IMG/VR virus record: IMGVR_UViG_3300031994_000062
Location: 21,124-85,123 of that record
Length of the DNA: 64,000 bases
From: a virus
Lineage: Duplodnaviria > Caudoviricetes
Direction: 5' to 3' (one strand)
The notes beneath the pieces were generated by a model that saw only the letters and a program-made list of their open reading frames with translations, ran no database searches and was not told the DNA's origin. Position numbers and translations under genes: made by a program. Shown here piece by piece: positions 57,912 through 64,000 of this stretch. Positions within the stretch are counted from its first letter, which is position 1. Every line of letters begins with the position of its first letter.

Positions 57912-58406
57912 TTAATCCTCCTTTATTTTATACCCAAACGGTACTTTACCGTTTATTATAGACTTCCAATGATTAACAACATCTGGATGGGCATAATTTT
58001 TATTATTTATTAATTTAACCATCGCTTCTGACCGTAGCTTAGTAAATGTATGCTTGTCAATATACTTTTCAAATTTATATTCATATTGCGGATACAACAT
58101 ATCATCATAATCAATAAGTTTTAATCCGCATTCATTGTTTTTATAAGTCCAATTCTGAATGAAGTCCCACATAACGCATCCCGCCTGGAATCCCGTTATA
58201 CCCATCTTATGCGCACCCATCGACGCTGCCGCCAGAGCAATCGCGCCAATTGCACGAACCATAGTCCCATAATCATGATCATATTCATTCATTAGACGGT
58301 TGTAAAAGTCTGTAAATTCTTCTGGCGTTTTAATATGGTTTGCTTCTTTATGCCATAATTCATTAAGTAATTTGAATTCTTGAGAGCCTTCAGTAATATG
58401 TAGCAT
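57912..58406 (-). CDS. Conserved phage hypothetical
   Basis: HDYGTMVRAI...GITGFQAGCVMW...LYPQYE. Confidence 0.75.
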   Translation of the reverse strand: MLHITEGSQEFKLLNELWHKEANHIKTPEEFTDFYNRLMNEYDHDYGTMVRAIGAIALAAASMGAHKMGITGFQAGCVMWDFIQNWTYKNNECGLKLIDYDDMLYPQYEYKFEKYIDKHTFTKLRSEAMVKLINNKNYAHPDVVNHWKSIINGKVPFGYKIKED

Positions 58407-58545
58407 GTTATTTCTCCTTCCACATCATTAATCATCCCATATTTGTCTGTCATGGAAATCAATTTCTTCGTTAGTCAAAATGCAGTTTTTTATAAGGCTA
58501 TCAAGCCTATATTCCATAGACGGAATAACAATTACTGGAATTCCA

Positions 58546-59220
58546 TCACTCCCTAAACCACCATATATGTTCATCAAATACTGATGTCTTTACACATTCA
58601 TCGCAATAATAATCGGGATCTTCTTCCGCAAATTCAGCAGGAACAGTAAACTCATTTATTCCATCTGGTTCAAGAATCACACAAGCTTGTCCATTACCAA
58701 TCCATGATGTAATAACCGCAGGCTCGCTTCTCCACCAAACCTTCTTTCCAATCATTTTCTTGTCATAATCAATTTCATTAAAATTTAATGCGTGTTCATT
58801 TATTTTATTGATTAGATCAAGCGCATGATGAATTCCATGTGTTACATAGAACGGCTTTCCATTTCGAGTTATAGTGATTGCATTGGATGTGAAACACCCT
58901 ATTTCTCCACATTTAGTTCCGATATAATGATGCGGTTTTTGCTCTATACCCCACAACGCACCACCTTCACCATAGAACTCAATAAGATTATCGTATGAAG
59001 GCTCTTCATTGCGTGGATGCATCCAATAATTATTATCACCCCATCTGCCGCCGATTGAATGAACATATCCTTCTATCCTTACCACATAATATGGAATATC
59101 TTTAAACCACACATCCCATGACAAACGTGTAATCTTCAACTTCGCAATATCTGTTTCTTTTGTTATTAATCTAATGTCTGTCATATAACTCCCCCCACAT
59201 ACCAATAACCGGCGTTGCAT
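58546..59220 (-). CDS. Hypothetical protein
   Basis: Probable start MTDIRL near 59184. Confidence 0.75.
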   Translation of the reverse strand: MQRRLLVCGGSYMTDIRLITKETDIAKLKITRLSWDVWFKDIPYYVVRIEGYVHSIGGRWGDNNYWMHPRNEEPSYDNLIEFYGEGGALWGIEQKPHHYIGTKCGEIGCFTSNAITITRNGKPFYVTHGIHHALDLINKINEHALNFNEIDYDKKMIGKKVWWRSEPAVITSWIGNGQACVILEPDGINEFTVPAEFAEEDPDYYCDECVKTSVFDEHIWWFRE

Positions 59221-59255
59221 AAGAGTAATAGTAAATCATCCAGTTAGGATTAACG

Positions 59256-59444
59256 TTAATCTTCATCACCTTTTAACCATTCTGCAAATTTTTCTTCGCA
59301 ATCGCTACACAAGTCAACGTCTTCCCATGCAGGAAACATTAGGCTGTTCAGCTTTGAAATTTTATACATGGGAACTTTCGCATTCTGTGTTGGTGTTGGC
59401 ATATTATACTGTTTTCCACATTTATCACATACACGAATTTTCAT
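59256..59444 (-). CDS. Small Zn-ribbon protein
   Basis: CDKCG...DLCSDC. Confidence 0.7.
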   Translation of the reverse strand: MKIRVCDKCGKQYNMPTPTQNAKVPMYKISKLNSLMFPAWEDVDLCSDCEEKFAEWLKGDED

Positions 59445-59623
59445 ATCTTCTTACACAACTCCTTTCTGCAATCATCACAAAGACAAATCGAAAGTGGGAA
59501 AGAACCGCTATCGAATATCACCCTCACCATACGACTATCTTGTTTGTGGTCTTTATCACAAGCTACACATGACCCGTATTTTTCAGACCCTTCTAAATCT
59601 GCAAGATATTTAATTGTTATCAT
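59441..59623 (-). CDS. Small Zn-ribbon protein
   Basis: CVAC...CLCDDC. Confidence 0.7.
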   Translation of the reverse strand: MITIKYLADLEGSEKYGSCVACDKDHKQDSRMVRVIFDSGSFPLSICLCDDCRKELCKKI

Positions 59624-59957
59624 TGTTTGCCTCCCTATTGTTATTAATCAACTCAAACATTGCTCTCATGCCATCACACATCTGATTGAACAGTCTCTTG
59701 TTTTCATCAGACATATTATTTGCCTTTTCTATGATCTTTGACAATGGACACCAATCAGGTCTTATCTCTAAGTCATCTATCCGATAAGCACTAAAGTTTA
59801 ACATTTCGTGTGCCTTATCAACAGGATAATTGCAAAAGTATGTATTGAATAATTGCGTCTTGACATTACACACGCCGCAATTTTCAGGTGGCCTCAAATT
59901 TATATCCATGTCATTTGCTCCTCCTTCATTGCTAATATCGAACACATTTAATATCAC
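59610..59957 (-). CDS. Hypothetical, CxxC...CPL family
   Basis: PENCGVC...RPDWCPL. Confidence 0.65.
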   Translation of the reverse strand: MILNVFDISNEGGANDMDINLRPPENCGVCNVKTQLFNTYFCNYPVDKAHEMLNFSAYRIDDLEIRPDWCPLSKIIEKANNMSDENKRLFNQMCDGMRAMFELINNNREANNDNN

Positions 59958-60186
59958 TCAATGGCACATCTTTATCAATCCACCATGCCTCACCAAACTT
60001 ATTGTGATGGTCTGGAAGCTTATATGACGGTTCACCTTCCAATTCATATATAACTGTTCTCCCCGTCTTTAATGCCCATGCCATTGCTCCTTGCAGCGTA
60101 TTAAATCCCCTAACCGGCTTAATGATATGCCCGGTTTCTCTATATCTCTTTGCTTTTTTGGGCGTTGTTGCATGATATAATTTCAC
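59932..60186 (-). CDS. Small protein with possible ADP-ribosyltransferase-like fold
   Basis: GTG start after RBS GGAGG; KLYHATT...VRGF...TVIYEL. Confidence 0.4.
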   Translation of the reverse strand: MKLYHATTPKKAKRYRETGHIIKPVRGFNTLQGAMAWALKTGRTVIYELEGEPSYKLPDHHNKFGEAWWIDKDVPLSDIKCVRY

Positions 60187-60435
60187 AATTATTCCTCCCC
60201 CTTTATAATGCCTGTGCAATTAGCCATGTAATGCCAGAAACTATTGCAAGCCATGAACTAAACACAAATACCTTAAACGCAATATCTGCTATCATTATTC
60301 CTCCCTCATCTTCTTGAGCAGTTCTATGAAATCTTCAATGCATACCCATCCCTTGGGAAAAGTCGCAGACCGTCCCATCGCATTGTCATGAATCAATTTC
60401 ATTACGTCATCAACCTTCAAATATTTTTTCATGGC

Positions 60436-60960
60436 TCATTCCTCCATCTTTTTTAGCACATCTCCCAACTCTGGAAACGAACGTCCAGTCTTTCTCCAGT
60501 AACCTTGTTGATTGATTTCGACCATAAAAATACCATCACTATTAACGCAGTGCCACTGACCCCAACAATCTATACGAACAATAACCGCTTTATTGTCTGG
60601 TACTTCAGAAATTATTTCATCATATTCATGTATCTCATATTTCTGCTTTTGCCATTTTTCGTATTTAGATTTTGCTTCGGAGTATGTGTATTTCTTACAG
60701 ATATCATCCAAATCACAGCCGAACAATGTCTCAACTTCACGGTCGGCATTATAAAATTCTCCTGCAAACTCCCACACTTCCTGCTCGACATTCTGCCTGA
60801 TTTCCTGCTCATCTGGCTCGGTGTAGGGTGTCATTTTTAAGTCGGTATTAATCCATGTCTTCGTTCCTTTGTTCATCGTAATGGGAATAAATAAATCACC
60901 ATTAAATCCTTCCCACATTGTTTCTTCACTATCTGGTATCTCAATCACATATTTCGCCAT
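60436..60960 (-). CDS. Hypothetical, paralog family member
   Basis: MAKYVIEIPD...YTEPD...EVWEFA...TGRSFPEL. Confidence 0.8.
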   Translation of the reverse strand: MAKYVIEIPDSEETMWEGFNGDLFIPITMNKGTKTWINTDLKMTPYTEPDEQEIRQNVEQEVWEFAGEFYNADREVETLFGCDLDDICKKYTYSEAKSKYEKWQKQKYEIHEYDEIISEVPDNKAVIVRIDCWGQWHCVNSDGIFMVEINQQGYWRKTGRSFPELGDVLKKMEE

Positions 60961-61188
60961 TTATTCCTCCTCAAATTTATCTGTTATCATCACTTGTCTT
61001 AATCTAAAATTCATAATAGTTTTATATTTTCTCTTTGTTAAATATTGCCAGCAAAAATCTACAACCGCGCCAATCAAACTGTGATGCATATAATAAATTG
61101 ACTGCCCAAACAAAGTAGTCACAACAAGAAATTTAGGATCGTTACATCTGCGTTTAATCTCATATGCTTTAATTTTTACCATTGTCAA
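60961..61188 (-). CDS. Hypothetical protein
   Basis: 75 aa in operon. Confidence 0.5.
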   Translation of the reverse strand: MTMVKIKAYEIKRRCNDPKFLVVTTLFGQSIYYMHHSLIGAVVDFCWQYLTKRKYKTIMNFRLRQVMITDKFEEE

Positions 61189-61367
61189 TCCTCCGATTCA
61201 TCAACCGTAATATACTCCACAGTATCAAGATTATAAAAACCGATCCACTGTTTTTCGTAAATTACAATAAAATATTTACCATCATATTTATAGTCTGTAT
61301 ACTCGTCTGGTTTATAATGGCACATGTTACCATTTCTAAATACTATTGTAATATATTCATGTTTCAC
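61185..61367 (-). CDS. Hypothetical protein
   Basis: 60 aa, GTG start with RBS GGAGG. Confidence 0.7.
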   Translation of the reverse strand: MKHEYITIVFRNGNMCHYKPDEYTDYKYDGKYFIVIYEKQWIGFYNLDTVEYITVDESED

Positions 61368-61369
61368 AA

Positions 61370-61903
61370 TTATTCCTCCTTCATCTTCTTTAGCAGTTCT
61401 ACGATATTAGGAAGCACTCTCCCTGTCGGCTTATACTGATGAACATTACACTCAGAAAATCTATCTCCGTAATCGCACACATCCTCAACGCTGCATAGTG
61501 CAAAACCTCCAAATGAATTGTCATCCATGTCCGTGACGTATATTTTTAATCCAGGCATCTTTTTGTGCTGTACTTCACATCCCACACGAATCTCATCTTT
61601 CCGCTTTCGCCATTCTTCGTACTTGGCTTTGGCTTCTTGGTAAGAATAATTTGTAAAACTATCAAGTGAGAAGCCACCGAAAACATCAACAGAATCAGCA
61701 CCATTCATTTTTGTACAGATTGTGGCAAACTCCCACACCTCATCCTCTATAGCCTTTCGGTCAGGCTCGGTGTAAGGTGTCAAACTTAAGCCAGTATCAT
61801 GATGCCCCTTATGTTCTGCCATTGTATAGGGCATAAGCAAATGTGTGCTACCAACAAAGTCTCCGACTCTTTCATCTGGTATCTCAATCACATATTTCGC
61901 CAT
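61370..61903 (-). CDS. Hypothetical, paralog family member
   Basis: MAKYVIEIPD at ATG 61903; YTEPD, EVWEFA, TGRVLP. Confidence 0.8.
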   Translation of the reverse strand: MAKYVIEIPDERVGDFVGSTHLLMPYTMAEHKGHHDTGLSLTPYTEPDRKAIEDEVWEFATICTKMNGADSVDVFGGFSLDSFTNYSYQEAKAKYEEWRKRKDEIRVGCEVQHKKMPGLKIYVTDMDDNSFGGFALCSVEDVCDYGDRFSECNVHQYKPTGRVLPNIVELLKKMKEE

Positions 61904-61935
61904 AATTAATCCTCCACTATCTCCATTGGTTATTT

Positions 61936-62130
61936 TTACCTCCATAAATTAAAACAAAATTTTTCTATAAAACCATTATTCGCATGTTTTTTGGGTAATA
62001 CATATATTTTTGAACAATTATTTGAGCCTAAATAATTATCACGTTCTTCTATATTAGATAAAATAATCTCTGGATACTCACTACATGCTTTGTGTAATTT
62101 TATGTATTTTTCTGAAACTTTATTTTCCAC
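61936..62130 (-). CDS. Hypothetical protein
   Basis: 64 aa. Confidence 0.5.
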   Translation of the reverse strand: MENKVSEKYIKLHKACSEYPEIILSNIEERDNYLGSNNCSKIYVLPKKHANNGFIEKFCFNLWR

Positions 62131-62181
62131 TTTACTTTTCTATCCTTCTGTTTTATAAATATATTGGTCTTTCTTCATTTT

Positions 62182-62421
62182 CTATTTTTTCAACCCAAAC
62201 ATCGGACAATTATATCCAAACTGTTTCCCATACTTCGGAACAACTTGAGATATCTTACAGATTGCAGATGGATTACAATCTCCAAAATCAAGGATACGCT
62301 TTAGCAGTTTTAACCAATTGGAAAGTTGTTGGTGCTCTCGTTTACACTTTAAATCATCATTAGTTACTGCACGTTTTTTTGCTATTTCTTCGCAGTGAAT
62401 AATTGCTTCATCCAACGTCAT
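62182..62421 (-). CDS. Hypothetical protein
   Basis: MTLDEAIIHCEE...EHQQLSNWLKLL, a common phage motif. Confidence 0.7.
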   Translation of the reverse strand: MTLDEAIIHCEEIAKKRAVTNDDLKCKREHQQLSNWLKLLKRILDFGDCNPSAICKISQVVPKYGKQFGYNCPMFGLKK

Positions 62422-62807
62422 GATTCATCCTCCTCAAAAATAATCTCGCAGTAATCATCATTGCAGGAAAGGGATTTCTTCTCCTTTGGCTGATAGGGGT
62501 CTGGTATCTCATACGGCATCCAAGCAATTATATTGTCATTACTATAAACCCACTTCTCATCCGCATCGTACCAATCACTATCTTTGTGCGATAATTGACA
62601 CACCTCAACATTCCCGTGTTTATCAGTTGTCCATACTAATTCCCATGGTGTAGGATATTCTCTGGTACATGGTATCCAGTTGTTCGGAAATTCCGAATAG
62701 TTGCTAACTTCGCTGTTTAGCCACTTTAGAAAATCTTTCTCTGGCATTGACCATAACTCTGTAGCATATAGACCAAATATGTCTTTAAACTTGTCTGCAT
62801 TTGTCAT
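62418..62807 (-). CDS. DUF551-like protein
   Basis: WIPCTREYP...IIAWMP. Confidence 0.7.
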   Translation of the reverse strand: MTNADKFKDIFGLYATELWSMPEKDFLKWLNSEVSNYSEFPNNWIPCTREYPTPWELVWTTDKHGNVEVCQLSHKDSDWYDADEKWVYSNDNIIAWMPYEIPDPYQPKEKKSLSCNDDYCEIIFEEDES

Positions 62808-63265
62808 TCCTGTTTACCTCTCCATCTTGCTCCCACAGTTCGTACAGAAAATCGGGAACTCATTGCCACCAACAATCACATCACATGGTTATGTTCTGAT
62901 GAGTACCTATAATCCTTAAGCACATCTTCTAAATCTTTTTCAAGTTCGTACTCAATTGCCTGATTCCTCGTACCATCTTCGTTATAAACTCTATATTCTA
63001 ATTGCCAAGTCTTATAAGCAACCTGTGGCACATCAATCTTGATCATCCTGTTCACCTCTCAATTCTGCTATAGCCCTGTTCATTGCATCTTCGATCGCTC
63101 TAATTCTGTCAGGATTATTGCCAAGAAAAATAGCAACCTTTGTATCGTTTACTACTTTTCTTTTGATCTCGCCTTCTGTTTTGCAAGAAGAATAGCTTTC
63201 GTAATATGTCATTTCTGTTCACCTCTCATATCCGTCTGGCATATCATTAACGCCACCATATTTAT

Positions 63266-63598
63266 TCATCGCCATACATAATTGTATCCTTCTCCGTTAT
63301 AACTCCCGCAGTGAGGGCAGAAATTCATTTTTACATCACCATATTCAATCCCTAAATATCTACCACACTCCGAACACTTAAATCCATTTGGCCCAAGAAA
63401 TATCCATTTCCCCTTCTTCCGTTCTAGTTCTACGGACGATAAAGCATCGACAGCATCTATTGAATCAAGCACTCCACCAAGCCACCTGTTTTCTTCCTCC
63501 CATCTTTTAACATATCTTCTCAACTCATCAACTGATTGTAGTGTTGTTTGATTTAAAATTGCATTTATGGCATCATGTTTGCTGATTAAATTACTCAT
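63266..63598 (-). CDS. Hypothetical with C-terminal Zn ribbon
   Basis: NLISKHDAI...KGKW...KCSECG...NFCPHCG. Confidence 0.75.
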   Translation of the reverse strand: MSNLISKHDAINAILNQTTLQSVDELRRYVKRWEEENRWLGGVLDSIDAVDALSSVELERKKGKWIFLGPNGFKCSECGRYLGIEYGDVKMNFCPHCGSYNGEGYNYVWR

Positions 63599-63972
63599 TC
63601 TTCCCGCCTTTCTGTTTCCACCTCATGCCAATCTGGCATCATCTGATTCCTTCTACAATTTTTACATGGCATCATATATGCGTGCCCTAAATGTATGCAA
63701 TTCTTACAAGACTTAAATTGTTCTGGCTGTGCGGATGACATGCTTTCAATATATCTGTAAATATCCTGATAGCATTCTTCGGAATGCTCATTAGCTTCCC
63801 AGAATGATATAATACACATTTCTTTGAGATCATCGAGTAGTCGCTCCTTGTCTATCAGGTTGCCGACATTGGTGCCAGAAACATCGCTTTTTCTTGGCTT
63901 CTCGCCAAGTTCATATCCCAGATCTTTCAGCTGAGATATAACAATATCACGCTCCCATTTATACTGCTCCAT
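63595..63972 (-). CDS. Hypothetical protein
   Basis: NLIDKERLL...SAQPE...CKNC...CKNC. Confidence 0.7.
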   Translation of the reverse strand: MEQYKWERDIVISQLKDLGYELGEKPRKSDVSGTNVGNLIDKERLLDDLKEMCIISFWEANEHSEECYQDIYRYIESMSSAQPEQFKSCKNCIHLGHAYMMPCKNCRRNQMMPDWHEVETERREE

Positions 63973-64000
63973 AAGCCCGTCAGAGTAGTATAACGCTCCG

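Noticed and set aside
1-64000. Stop-codon reassignment
   Set aside because: Genes are intact under code 11; apparent breaks are explained by introns or one frameshift; no suppressor tRNA seen.

Overview
This is 64 kb of a large, AT-rich, tailed Firmicutes phage or prophage with an SPbeta-like gene order. Essentially all real genes lie on the minus strand, and the plus-strand ORFs in the track look like antisense shadows. In transcription order (right to left) the window holds: (1) about 40 small accessory genes (48-64 kb), including a PncA-like nicotinamidase, a nucleotidyltransferase, a BRO protein, a metallophosphoesterase and a four-member paralog family; (2) IscS, a YonO-like single-subunit RNA polymerase and HU; (3) a roughly 1 kb structured non-coding region with a tRNA-like 3' domain; (4) PhoH, ClpP-like and YonK-like genes; (5) a six-gene cluster of unknown function; (6) fibre-like genes, including a DGR-type target whose TR/Avd/RT appear deleted, and three tRNAs; (7) the packaging, head, neck and tail module, ending in a >2540 aa tape measure protein that runs off the left edge. 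Four group I introns, each carrying a homing endonuclease, split the RNA polymerase catalytic loop, the terminase Walker A motif and two neck genes; removing each one restores a continuous reading frame. Best leads: the large ncRNA candidate, a covarying anti-Shine-Dalgarno pseudoknot motif upstream of two intron LAGLIDADG ORFs, the fossil DGR, a homing endonuclease that appears to have replaced the RusA C-terminus, and the six-gene cluster. All family assignments come from reading motifs and gene order by eye; no database searches or folding programs were run.
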